A stretch of 64,000 nucleotides of DNA from Planctomycetota bacterium (GTDB taxonomy: Bacteria > Planctomycetota > UBA8108 > SXIK01): NCBI GenBank assembly GCA_965223845.1, contig CBDCXR010000004.1, forward strand, positions 3,520,001-3,584,000, written 5' to 3'. Every line of letters starts with the position of its first letter. Position 1 is the first letter of the stretch. Of the stretch, positions 9,713 to 19,227 are shown one piece after another. The notes below the pieces were generated by a model, which made no database searches, was not told the DNA's origin, and worked only from the letters and a program-made list of their open reading frames with translations. Position numbers and translations under genes: made by a program.

Positions 9713-10744
9713 ATGCCTCGAATCGACCACAACACTCTTTTGCGCTTCGGCTCTGCCGTTCTCGAAGCCGTCGGAACGCAACCGCCGACGGCGCGAATCG
9801 TCGCACAGCATCTCGTCGACTCGAATTTGGCTGGCCACGATTCTCACGGCGTCATGCGCCTCCCGCAGTACTGCGAGCACGCGCGCGACGGGAAGGTCGA
9901 TCCCACGGCTGAACCCGTGGTCGTCAGTGAACGCGGATCGACCGCGCTCGTCGACGGGCGCTCGGCCTGGGGACCGGTCGCCGCGGGATTTGCCACGAAC
10001 GTCGCGATCGAAAAGGCGAAGGTGAACGGCGTGGCCGCCGTTGCCGTGCGCGGCGCTCATCATGTCGGCCGCGTGGGAGTTTATCCCGCACGCGCCGCGG
10101 CGGAGGGTCTCGTCGGCATCGCCTTCTGTAACGTTCGCGGAGTCGCTCGGGTCGCCCCCTGGGGAAGCGTCGATCGGCTACTCACGACGAATCCGATCGC
10201 GATCGCCGTCCCGTCGAAGCACGGAACGATCATCACCGATTTCGCGACGAGCGCGGTCGCCGAAGGCAAGGTTCGACTCGCGAAGACCGCCGGCAAACGA
10301 GTCCCCCACGGCTGGGTCATCGACGCCGACGGCAAGTTCTCGGACGACCCGAACGTCGCGTACGAAGATGGTGCGATCGCCCCACTCGGCGGCGATCAAG
10401 GACACAAGGGTTACGCGCTTTGCGTTGCGATCGATCTCCTCGGCGGAGTTCTTCCCGCTGCGGGTTGCGCCCTGCTCGCGGAGGGATACGGGAACGGGCT
10501 CCTCCTCAACGTCGTCGACCCCGCGGCCTTCGGGGACCGCGCCGAGTTCGACGAGCGTGTCGACGCCTACCGCGCGTACTTGAAACGTGCGCAGACGTCG
10601 CCCGAGGTCGAGGAAGTGCTTCTTCCCGGAGACGTCGAACGCGCCAGGGAGCGCGACCGACGCGCTCGCGGCATCGAGATCGCTCCCGAGGTCTGGAACG
10701 AACTGAGATCGCTCGGGCGCGAGCTGAACGTCGAGCTCGCGTAA
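9713..10744 (+). CDS. Ldh_2 family oxidoreductase (malate/L-lactate/ureidoglycolate dehydrogenase-like)
   Basis: Start reassigned to MPRIDHN. GHDSHGVMRL, HHVGRVG, TNPIAIA, DFATS, GHKGYAL, LPGD motifs. Confidence 0.92.
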   Translation: MPRIDHNTLLRFGSAVLEAVGTQPPTARIVAQHLVDSNLAGHDSHGVMRLPQYCEHARDGKVDPTAEPVVVSERGSTALVDGRSAWGPVAAGFATNVAIEKAKVNGVAAVAVRGAHHVGRVGVYPARAAAEGLVGIAFCNVRGVARVAPWGSVDRLLTTNPIAIAVPSKHGTIITDFATSAVAEGKVRLAKTAGKRVPHGWVIDADGKFSDDPNVAYEDGAIAPLGGDQGHKGYALCVAIDLLGGVLPAAGCALLAEGYGNGLLLNVVDPAAFGDRAEFDERVDAYRAYLKRAQTSPEVEEVLLPGDVERARERDRRARGIEIAPEVWNELRSLGRELNVELA

Positions 10745-10875
10745 CGCCGGAGGTCGCAAACGCCGAGGGGATCTCTTATCCTGGTGCGCTCGGGACGCGG
10801 GAGCACGCACGAAGTGCGCGCCGGTCGGCGACGCACGGGCGCCGCGCGTTTCGTTGCTAGTTCGGGAGAACAACG

Positions 10876-11754
10876 ATGAATGCGAAAACCAAAGTGATCG
10901 CGATCCTTCTCGCCGCGGCGAGTCTCGCGGCGGGCGGCACGGCGGCGGCGCTTCAGTCCGGAAGCAAGGTTCGCGTCGAACACGTCGCCGGGAACGTCCA
11001 CATGCTCGTCGGGCAGGGAGGGAACATCGGCATCAGCGCGGGCGAGGACGGAAAGCTGATCGTCGATACTCAGTTCCAACGTTTGGCCGCCGACATCGAG
11101 TCCGCGGTTGCGGGACTCGGCGAAGCCCCGCTTCGATTCGTCGTCAACACGCACTGGCACGGCGACCACACGGGCGGGAACCCGGTCTTCGGAAAGAAAG
11201 CCACGATCGTCGCGCACGAAAATGTCCGAAAGCGTCTCGCGAGCGGAGGCGGGCGAGGCGGCCCGCAGCCGGCCGAGGCCCTTCCCGTCGTCACGTACGC
11301 CGACGGGCTCAGCCTCCACTTGAACGGCGAAGAGATCCGCATCTTCCATCTCCCGAGCGGCCACACCGACGGCGACAGCGTCGTTCACTTTACCGAATCG
11401 AGCGTCGTCCATATGGGCGATCTCTTTTTCGCCGGTCGCTTTCCGTTCGTTGATCTCGGCAGCGGCGGCGATGTCGAGGGCTACCTGAAGAACGTCCGGT
11501 CGATCCGCGCGAAGCTACCCGAAGGCGTGAAGATCATCCCGGGACACGGCCCGCTCTCGACAACGAAGGAGCTCGACGCGTTCATCACGACACTCGACGA
11601 AACGATTTCAATCGTACGCAAGGGGATCGATGCCGATCGCTCGCTCGACGAGCTCAAGAAGGCCGGACTCCCGGCGAAATTCGACGCCTGGGGTTCCGGT
11701 TTCATCAAGACCGAGCGCTGGATCGAGACCATCCATCGGAGCCTGACTCGTTGA
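10876..11754 (+). CDS. MBL-fold metallo-hydrolase, exported
   Basis: Signal peptide; NTHWHGDHTGGN, GHTDGD, HMGDL, IPGHG. Confidence 0.92.
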   Translation: MNAKTKVIAILLAAASLAAGGTAAALQSGSKVRVEHVAGNVHMLVGQGGNIGISAGEDGKLIVDTQFQRLAADIESAVAGLGEAPLRFVVNTHWHGDHTGGNPVFGKKATIVAHENVRKRLASGGGRGGPQPAEALPVVTYADGLSLHLNGEEIRIFHLPSGHTDGDSVVHFTESSVVHMGDLFFAGRFPFVDLGSGGDVEGYLKNVRSIRAKLPEGVKIIPGHGPLSTTKELDAFITTLDETISIVRKGIDADRSLDELKKAGLPAKFDAWGSGFIKTERWIETIHRSLTR

Positions 11755-11755
11755 G

Positions 11756-12877
11756 TTGCCGTCCCGTGCTGAAGCGATCGACGTGAACCTCCCGACGGAA
11801 ATCCCGGACGACGACGAAGCCCTCCGTCGGTTGAGCGAGATGAGTGACGCCGACCTCGAAGCGCTGATGGGCGGCGGAGTCGCGGCGAACGAAGGCGACA
11901 TCGACGTCGCCCAGATCGAGCCCGGAACGCGACTTCAGGGAACCGTGCTCGAGGCGCGCGGTGACGAGCTCCTCGTCGAGCTCGACGGGAAGAGCCTCGG
12001 CGTCGTCGACCTCTCGGAGTTCGACGCGGGCGAAGTTCCTTCATCCGGCGACGAGCTCCACGCCGAGCTCGTCCGATACGACGCAGAGAAGGAAATCGCC
12101 ATTCTTTCGACGAGTGAAGTCCGAACGGAAGTCGCGTGGGAAGAACTTCGTGTCGGGACGCTCGTCGCCGGTCGCGTCACCGACAAGAACCGTGGTGGGC
12201 TCACGCTCGACATCAAAGGGATCCGCGCATTCCTCCCGATCTCGCAGATCGAGCTCTCCCGCGTCGAAGACCTCGACCCCTACGTCGGGCAGACGCTTCA
12301 ATGCCGCGTGACTCAAGTCGACCGCGCGGATCAGAATCTCGTCGTCAGCCGGCGTGAGCTCCTCGAAGAAGAAGCCGCCGCGGCGCGAGAAGAGGCGCTC
12401 GCGAAGCTCGACGTCGGCGCCGTCGTGACCGGCACCGTCGTTCGAATCAACGATCACGGCGCGTTCATCGATCTCGGCGGCGTCGACGGACTCCTCCACG
12501 CGAGCAAGATCCGCGCAGCGATTCAGGAAGACGAGGACGGTGAGCGCGTCCACGTCGGGAAGCGCATCGCAGTCGAGGTTCGCACGATCGACCGTTCTCG
12601 GGCGCGTATCGGACTCGATTTTCACCACGTCGAGGGCGACTCGTGGGACCGCGTGCTCGCGAACTTTGCGGTCGGCGACCTCGTCGTCGGGTGGCTCTCC
12701 GAGCGCAGCGCAGCCGGCGCGCGCATCAAGATCGACGACGGCCTCGAGGCTGCGATCCCACCGGAAGAGCTGGGCCACCTCGAACCGGACGCGTCGGTCG
12801 GAGCCATCGTCCGCGCCACCATCATCGCCCTCGACGCCGGTGCGCGAGAAGTGCGCGTCCGCCCGGTAGCGACGTGA
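11756..12877 (+). CDS. S1 RNA-binding domain protein (ribosomal protein S1-like, four S1 domains)
   Basis: Four S1 repeats (GIRAFLPISQIE; HGAFIDLGGVDGLLHASKI); acidic N-terminal helix; start codon uncertain. Confidence 0.85.
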   Translation: MPSRAEAIDVNLPTEIPDDDEALRRLSEMSDADLEALMGGGVAANEGDIDVAQIEPGTRLQGTVLEARGDELLVELDGKSLGVVDLSEFDAGEVPSSGDELHAELVRYDAEKEIAILSTSEVRTEVAWEELRVGTLVAGRVTDKNRGGLTLDIKGIRAFLPISQIELSRVEDLDPYVGQTLQCRVTQVDRADQNLVVSRRELLEEEAAAAREEALAKLDVGAVVTGTVVRINDHGAFIDLGGVDGLLHASKIRAAIQEDEDGERVHVGKRIAVEVRTIDRSRARIGLDFHHVEGDSWDRVLANFAVGDLVVGWLSERSAAGARIKIDDGLEAAIPPEELGHLEPDASVGAIVRATIIALDAGAREVRVRPVAT

Positions 12878-12970
12878 ATCGGTCAGGTCTGCTCGCGCGA
12901 AGCCGCGGTCAGGTCGATCCTTGAGGCGGGCTGGCCATCGCCCGATCCATTCGAAAAAGACGTACCGAAC

Positions 12971-14314
12971 GTGAACGAATCCAAACGCCGAAGCCCGATG
13001 GGCGTCATCTTTCTCACCCTCTTCCTCGACCTCGTCGGATTCTCGATCATCTTCCCGCTCTTTCCGTCGATGCTCGAGTATTACCTCGACAGCGGGGACG
13101 GCACGAACGCCCTGCTCGGCCCACTCCTCGAGGCGCTCCACTCGCTCTCCGGGACGGCGCCCGTCGACGGCCTGCCGCATCCCCAAGTCGTCGCACTGTT
13201 CGGCGGCATTCTCGGCTCCCTCTACTCGCTCCTTCAGTTCATCTCCGCTCCGTTCTGGGGAAGCCTCTCCGACCGCATCGGTCGCCGACCCGTGCTGATC
13301 GTGACGATCACCGGGATCGCGATCAGCTACGTTCTCTGGTTCTTCAGCGGCAGCTTCGAAGTTCTCGTCGCCGCTCGAGTTGTCGGAGGGCTCATGAGCG
13401 GAAACATCGGCGCCGCGACCGCTGCGATCGCCGACTCGACGACGGCCGAAAACCGCGCGAAGGGAATGGGAATGGTCGGGGCGGCGTTCGGCCTCGGCTT
13501 CATCGCCGGCCCCGCGATCGGAGGGGCGCTGAGCTTGGTCGACCTGAGCGCAGCGTCTCCGTCTCTCGCGGCGTTCGGTGCGAATCCGTTCTCCGCGGCT
13601 GCCGGCGGGGCTCTTCTTTTGAGCGTCCTCAACTGGATCTGGGTCTACCGCCGCTTCGACGAGACTCTTCCGCCCGAGAAGCGAGGCGAGGAAACCTCCG
13701 CGGAGCGTTCGTCGAATCCGCTCCGGCTCTTCCGTCCCGTAGACCTTCCGGGGACGAACCTGACGAGTCTCATCAACTTCTTCTTCATCTTCTCGTTCAG
13801 TGGAATGGAGTTCTCGCTCACGTTCCTCGCCGCCGACCGGTTCGACTACGGCGCCGGCAAGAATGCGCTCCTCCTCAGCTTCGCGGGACTCACGATGGCC
13901 TTCGTCCAGGGTGGGCTGATCCGGCGGCTCGCACCGAAGCACGGCGAAGTTCGGCTCGCGCGCGTCGGGCTCGCGACGATCCTCCCGGGACTCGTCCTCA
14001 TCGCGTTCGCGACGAGCGAGTTCATGCTCTACGTCGCGGTCTTTCTCCTCGCCGTAGGCGCTGCGATCGTCATTCCCTGCCTGCGCGCGCTCGTTTCCCT
14101 CTACACGCCCGCCGAGCGGCAGGGTGAGGTGCTCGGGATCTTCAACTCGCTCGGCGCCCTCGCGCGCGTCGGCGGACCGATCGCCGCGGCCGTGGCGTAC
14201 TGGACGTTCACCGCGACGTTCGCGTACGTCGGAGGAGCCGCGATTCTCCTGATTCCGCTCGCGCTCACCGTGAAGCTGATCGTCCCGCGGAAGGACGCGC
14301 CCACAACCGGTTAG
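12971..14314 (+). CDS. MFS transporter (TetA/DHA1-like)
   Basis: IFLTLFLDLVGFSIIFPL, motif A WGSLSDRIGRRPVL, motif C GAAFGLGFIAGPAIGG. Confidence 0.92.
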   Translation: MNESKRRSPMGVIFLTLFLDLVGFSIIFPLFPSMLEYYLDSGDGTNALLGPLLEALHSLSGTAPVDGLPHPQVVALFGGILGSLYSLLQFISAPFWGSLSDRIGRRPVLIVTITGIAISYVLWFFSGSFEVLVAARVVGGLMSGNIGAATAAIADSTTAENRAKGMGMVGAAFGLGFIAGPAIGGALSLVDLSAASPSLAAFGANPFSAAAGGALLLSVLNWIWVYRRFDETLPPEKRGEETSAERSSNPLRLFRPVDLPGTNLTSLINFFFIFSFSGMEFSLTFLAADRFDYGAGKNALLLSFAGLTMAFVQGGLIRRLAPKHGEVRLARVGLATILPGLVLIAFATSEFMLYVAVFLLAVGAAIVIPCLRALVSLYTPAERQGEVLGIFNSLGALARVGGPIAAAVAYWTFTATFAYVGGAAILLIPLALTVKLIVPRKDAPTTG

Positions 14315-14413
14315 CGGAGCCGGCGCGCGGAACGAGGACCCGCAGAGAACTGCAGAGCGCGCATCGGAAGCGTCGAGCTCCCGAGCGCGCCCGAGCCGCT
14401 CCGAGGTCGCCGG

Positions 14414-15001
14414 TCAATTGCGATCGGGATGGGGCGGCATGAGCGAAAAGAGACGGTACGGCCCCCCCACCTCGCCGATTGCGGCCGACCACAGTCGATC
14501 CGCCGGCGTCCCGAAGACGAGCTCCGACCTCGCGGGGATCGTCAACCACCCACCGACCTCCATCTCGCCTTCGAGTTGTCCCGCGCCCCATCCGGAGTAA
14601 CCGCAGAACAGTCGAACGCGATCGCTCACGATCGCGCTGTTCTCCACTCCCCGCCGTAGGAGCTGCTGGAGGATCGGGAGCTCGCTCGCGATGTGGACTC
14701 CCGGGACGACCTCGATGCTGCCCTCGGCGAGATCGTCGAACGAATGAACGAGGATCACCGAGTTCCCCTGAACGGGCCCACCGACGAAGGAGCGCTGGGC
14801 CTCCATTTCGTCGGACGTCGAGAGCTCCTCTCCGGGAATCGAGTCGAGGATCTGCCCCACGCGAAGCTCGCCGGGGCGATTGAGCACGACCCCGAACGCC
14901 CCCTCGTCATTGTGCTCGGCGATCAGAACGACGGTCCGAGTAAAGTTCGGGTCGGAGAGCTGCGGGGACGCGATGAGAAGGTGACCCTTGAGAGAGTCCA
15001 T
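14414..15001 (-). CDS. YqgE/AlgH family protein
   Basis: Start reassigned to MDSLKGHLLIASP. DPNFTRTVV, GAFGVVLNRP, GGPV, GYSGWGAGQLEGE. Confidence 0.93.
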   Translation of the reverse strand: MDSLKGHLLIASPQLSDPNFTRTVVLIAEHNDEGAFGVVLNRPGELRVGQILDSIPGEELSTSDEMEAQRSFVGGPVQGNSVILVHSFDDLAEGSIEVVPGVHIASELPILQQLLRRGVENSAIVSDRVRLFCGYSGWGAGQLEGEMEVGGWLTIPARSELVFGTPADRLWSAAIGEVGGPYRLFSLMPPHPDRN

Positions 15002-15147
15002 ACGGTGCAGGATTCGAAACCTCGGAATTCGACGAGGCGCGCGGGTATCGCCGGCGGATCCGCGCCTCCTTCGGAAGAATACCGCGGGCTCGAACGAGAC
15101 GAAAGGGATTCCGCCGCGACGACGGGGAGCGCGGTCGAGCCGCGGAC

Positions 15148-15645
15148 TTAGAACGGCCGCCGGCCGTCCTGCGTGTCGTGGCGCGTCCGCCGGATTCTCC
15201 AGCGTCCGTCGATCTTCGCGAGCTCGCACTCGACGTCGATCGTCCACGCCGGCTCGTAGGAACCGGCGCGAAGCCGCAAAAAGCGGACGGCGACGCTCGG
15301 GATCTTCGCCGCGTCGCCGTCGGATTCAACGGTGACGGGAAACTCCTTCGGATCGATCTCGATTCGGTAGCGTAGCTGTCCCGTCTCGGCGTGCTTCTCT
15401 TTGAGAAATAGGTACGCGAGCGCGCGGCCGAGAAGTTCGCGATCGATCTTCGACGTCTCATCGACGAAGTCCTCCGCGAACCCCTCGAGGCAGCCCGAGC
15501 GGCTCCCATCGTTGAACGCAGCGGCGCATTCTTCGACGAGCATCCGGATCCGCGTCGCGTCGTCCGCGAGCCAATACGGGAGCCAGCTCGCCGCGAGAAA
15601 CGCGGCGAGGGCCACCACCGCAGCGATGATTACGCGGCGATTCAC
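15148..15645 (-). CDS. Hypothetical membrane-anchored protein, possibly NTF2-like
   Basis: N-terminal TM, then helix AAAFNDG, FAEDF and terminal KIDGRWRI pattern resembling SnoaL/NTF2 folds. Confidence 0.6.
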   Translation of the reverse strand: MNRRVIIAAVVALAAFLAASWLPYWLADDATRIRMLVEECAAAFNDGSRSGCLEGFAEDFVDETSKIDRELLGRALAYLFLKEKHAETGQLRYRIEIDPKEFPVTVESDGDAAKIPSVAVRFLRLRAGSYEPAWTIDVECELAKIDGRWRIRRTRHDTQDGRRPF

Positions 15646-15703
15646 CGGCCCGACTCGGCCGAGCTACGCATTCCGATCGCGACGCTCGCGCTCGTCGCCG
15701 AGA

Positions 15704-16765
15704 TCACAAACGAACCGACCGGGCCGGATCACTCGCGCCGCGCTGCGCAACATTCACCCACACATGGACGTGCGGCGCACCGCGGAAGTGCCAGACAAAC
15801 GCCGGTCCCTCGACGCGCCAGCAATCCCAGATGCCGTCCTTCCCGATGTCCGCATCGCCCGCCGTAAAGTACTGGAGCCGGAGCGTGTCGATGCCGCCGT
15901 TCCGCGCGAGGTACGACATCGCTTCCTCGACATCCTTCGGCCGAAACATCCCCATCAGACTCTTCAGTGTCACTTCGAGGAGCTCTTTCTGATCGCCGGA
16001 GAGCTCCGAGCCGATGAGTCCGGGGATCTCCGCCTTCGAGCCGAGAAGCCGCATCGCCTTCTGGTTGTCCGGAGGAACCTTGCCGAGGAGTGCCTTTTCG
16101 CGCTGCTTTCCGTCGAGCGCCTGGAACACCTTGTTCGCCGCGCGCGACTGATGCCACCACACGTTGCCGGGATGGTCGGGCTTCTCATTGAACTCGACCG
16201 CGTGGCCGTAGAAGAGCGGCCCACCGAACGCCGCGCCATCGACGGAGTTTCCGTCGCAGCGAAGCGTCGTGTGGCGTCCGGTGAACACCCACTCGAACTT
16301 CGCCTCGCCCGGCTTACCGAAGATCGCGCAGGTGTACTTATCGAAGCCGCCCGCGTCGTCCTTCATCTGCTTTGAGAAGCGCTCGTAGCCATCCTCCGTG
16401 ACGATGCCGCGGAAAATGTTGTGAATGATCTCCTGCTGCTCTTTCGAGTACAGCTTCCCGATCGCTCCGACCTTGGGGTCGACCACATCCCAGTTGTTCG
16501 CGACGTGGCTGCGGAGCTCGTGGTCGAACGAGAAGTGCATCACTTTGCGCTGCTCGTCGTTCAAACTGTCGTAGAGCGCCTTCACCCAGGTTTCGGCCGG
16601 CTTCTTCGCCGCGTTCGCGATCGCCGGTCGCGCGGCGGCAACCGCGGGGATCGTCGGGGCCACGGCGCCGAGGGCGAGCCCGCCGCCGACCGTGCGGAGG
16701 AAGCGTCGTCGGCTGACTGCGTCGCAATCGGGACAAGACGAAGTGCGTGACGTTTCGTTCTTCAT
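15704..16765 (-). CDS. DUF3500 domain protein, Tat-exported
   Basis: Start reassigned to MKNETS with GGGAG SD. SRRRFL Tat motif; LYDSLNDEQR, GRHTTLR, GGPLFYG, WHFRGAPHVHVWVN. Confidence 0.85.
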   Translation of the reverse strand: MKNETSRTSSCPDCDAVSRRRFLRTVGGGLALGAVAPTIPAVAAARPAIANAAKKPAETWVKALYDSLNDEQRKVMHFSFDHELRSHVANNWDVVDPKVGAIGKLYSKEQQEIIHNIFRGIVTEDGYERFSKQMKDDAGGFDKYTCAIFGKPGEAKFEWVFTGRHTTLRCDGNSVDGAAFGGPLFYGHAVEFNEKPDHPGNVWWHQSRAANKVFQALDGKQREKALLGKVPPDNQKAMRLLGSKAEIPGLIGSELSGDQKELLEVTLKSLMGMFRPKDVEEAMSYLARNGGIDTLRLQYFTAGDADIGKDGIWDCWRVEGPAFVWHFRGAPHVHVWVNVAQRGASDPARSVRL

Positions 16766-17076
16766 GGCGAGGCTCCCTTTTGACCGGTGGCTCCGAGTGC
16801 GTGCTTCGGGATACGCGGAGCGGGCGAGCACAGGTCGTACTGCGCGCCGGTAACCGCGTCGACGAATCCCCATGGTAACGAGCACTGCGCGCCGCGCCAA
16901 AGCCGAGCTTGGGGAAAGCGCCGCGGAATCCGGACGATTCGCGGTGGAGCACCTCCGAGCTCGACACCAGCGGAGAGGCCGCGAAGGTTGATTCTCGCGA
17001 AGACGGGACCGATCATCCGGTGAACTGGATCTCTCCGGACGCGCGTTCCTCCTTCCTTCATACGAGCGACCCTGTC

Positions 17077-18261
17077 ATGACCCTCGACTCCGTTCTTCGC
17101 CACACCCGCCGCGCGATCGCCTCTCTTCTCTGCGTCGCCGTTCTCCTCGTCACGGTCGGCTGCCCTCACCGGTCCCCGACGTGGTCGCCGAACGGTCAAC
17201 GGATCCTCGTCCTCGCCGGCGAGAAGGGTGAGGACGTCGACAAGGCGGCCTCGCAGCTCTGGATCGTCGACGTCACGGACAAGGCAAAGCCGAGAAGATC
17301 GCGGATCGCGGTCCCGGAGCCAGGCTGCCGCTTCCTCTCCGCGACGTGGCTCGCGGACGACGACGACATCTTCGCCCTCACCGGAACGTGGGACGAAGAT
17401 TCCGTCGTCCCGGGATCGGAAAAAGTCTGGCGCCATCGCGGTGGAAAGTGGCAGGCGCTCGCGTTTCCCACGCCGAACGAGGCGCGGGGAACACGCCGGC
17501 TCCCAGTCGTCGTCACGACCTCCACCGGACGAGCCGTCGCGTACCCGGTTCGAGACGAAGCGGTCGCGCTCGTCTCCCTCGCGAGCGGAGAGACGATCGC
17601 TGAATACGAGCCGGCTGAGCTGATCGGTCCCGGACCGGCGGGCGGCCTACTTCTCTACCGTCCCGAAAAGAACTCCGACACCGGCGGATTCGAAATTGTG
17701 TCACTCGACGCGCAGCTCGAAGAGCGGTGGCGCCAGTCGTTCGCGGATCTCCGCTCGTCGATCGCGCAGCGCCTCGGCAGGAAGCCGGTCGAGGTCATTT
17801 TCAACGAGGCATCGACGTCGCACCTCCCGCGAACGGGGAAATCCGGCGCGGCGGCGGATTGGGTGGGCGTGACGATGATCTTCAGCGACGTCGGCTGGAA
17901 GGACGGGATTCGATCCTACTACGTCCAGCTCGACGCGAAGTCCGGAGCGTTGAAAACGGTCGCCCAGGGAACGGGAGTCGCCGGCAAGCCGGAAGTGCGC
18001 GGAGGCGACGTCTGGGCGGCCCTCGCGAAAGACTCGCTCACGAAGAAGCCGACGCGACTCGTTCGCATCGCCCTCGAAACGCGGAAGGTGATCGAAGAGC
18101 TCGCGGTGGGCGCCGGCAATGACGCGGTGCACGGATACGCCGTCTCGCCACAGGGAGACGCCTTCGTCGTATCGATCAACGACTCCCCGCCGCGCCTCGA
18201 GTTCTTCGCCGACTCACTCGCGAAGCCCGTCCGGGTGCCGCTGGTCACGACCGATGAATGA
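17077..18261 (+). CDS. Hypothetical lipoprotein, TolB/PD40-like beta-propeller
   Basis: Lipobox TVGC; SPTWSPNGQRI and AVSPQGDAF blade motifs; start uncertain. Confidence 0.65.
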   Translation: MTLDSVLRHTRRAIASLLCVAVLLVTVGCPHRSPTWSPNGQRILVLAGEKGEDVDKAASQLWIVDVTDKAKPRRSRIAVPEPGCRFLSATWLADDDDIFALTGTWDEDSVVPGSEKVWRHRGGKWQALAFPTPNEARGTRRLPVVVTTSTGRAVAYPVRDEAVALVSLASGETIAEYEPAELIGPGPAGGLLLYRPEKNSDTGGFEIVSLDAQLEERWRQSFADLRSSIAQRLGRKPVEVIFNEASTSHLPRTGKSGAAADWVGVTMIFSDVGWKDGIRSYYVQLDAKSGALKTVAQGTGVAGKPEVRGGDVWAALAKDSLTKKPTRLVRIALETRKVIEELAVGAGNDAVHGYAVSPQGDAFVVSINDSPPRLEFFADSLAKPVRVPLVTTDE

Positions 18262-19177
18262 CGGTGGTTCGGCTGCGAGCGGAGACCGGCCCGTCCCCGA
18301 CTCGACGAGCCACAAGCGAGAAAAGCGCACCAGCTCGTTTCGCGGTCTCGCCTTTCGCGTCGGGCGACTGATTGCGATCGGGTACATCGCGGTTCTCGCA
18401 CTCCTCTACTTCCGCCAGCGGGCGATGATCTACCTCCCGCACACGGACCGCCCTCCCGTCCCGCGCGCGGAAATCGAAGAGATCGAAGTCGACACGGACG
18501 ACGGCCTACGACTCACGGGATGGTACTGGCCGGGCGAACGACCGCTCACCGTCGTGATCTTTCACGGAAACGCGGGGCACCGCGGACACCGCTACGAATG
18601 GATGCGCCTCCTCAAACGACTCCTCGATGATCCGGGAGTCGCGGTCCTCGACTACCGCGGATTCGGCGGAAACCCCGGATCGCCGACGGAAGAGGGCCTC
18701 TACCTCGACGCCGAAGCGTTTCTCGCCGCGCTGAAGGCGCGCAGCGCGTCGCCACGGATCTATCTGGGTGAGTCCCTCGGCTCCGGCGTCGCGGTCGAGA
18801 TGGCGCGCCGCGACCCGCCGGCCGCGCTGATTCTTCAGGCTGCGTATTCATCTCTTCCGGACGTCGCGAGCCGCCACTATCCGTTTGTGCCGGCGCGGTG
18901 GCTTCTCAAGGACCGCTTCGAGAGCGTGACGAAGATCCCGGAGATTCGAGTCCCAAAGCTCCACGTCCACGGTGCGCGCGACCGCATCATCCCGATCGAC
19001 AGCGGACGCGCGCTCTTCCATGCCGCAGCAGAACCGAAGATCTGGCTGGAGATCGACACGCGCGGTCACAACGACCTCGTCGGCGGCGAGTACGACCGCG
19101 GGCTCGTCGAGTTCGTCGACGGACTCGACCTGCCGGCGCACGACGCGGACGCGGTCGGCGACGCGCTCGCCGAATAG
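18254..19177 (+). CDS. Alpha/beta hydrolase (BEM46/ABHD13-like)
   Basis: FHGNAG, DYRGFG, GESLG nucleophile, HGARDRII, GHND; start overlaps the upstream stop. Confidence 0.92.
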   Translation: MNDGGSAASGDRPVPDSTSHKREKRTSSFRGLAFRVGRLIAIGYIAVLALLYFRQRAMIYLPHTDRPPVPRAEIEEIEVDTDDGLRLTGWYWPGERPLTVVIFHGNAGHRGHRYEWMRLLKRLLDDPGVAVLDYRGFGGNPGSPTEEGLYLDAEAFLAALKARSASPRIYLGESLGSGVAVEMARRDPPAALILQAAYSSLPDVASRHYPFVPARWLLKDRFESVTKIPEIRVPKLHVHGARDRIIPIDSGRALFHAAAEPKIWLEIDTRGHNDLVGGEYDRGLVEFVDGLDLPAHDADAVGDALAE

Positions 19178-19227
19178 CACTCCCCACACGTCCCTCGAGA
19201 GGATCGAGCTCGCGGGCGTCCCGCCGC

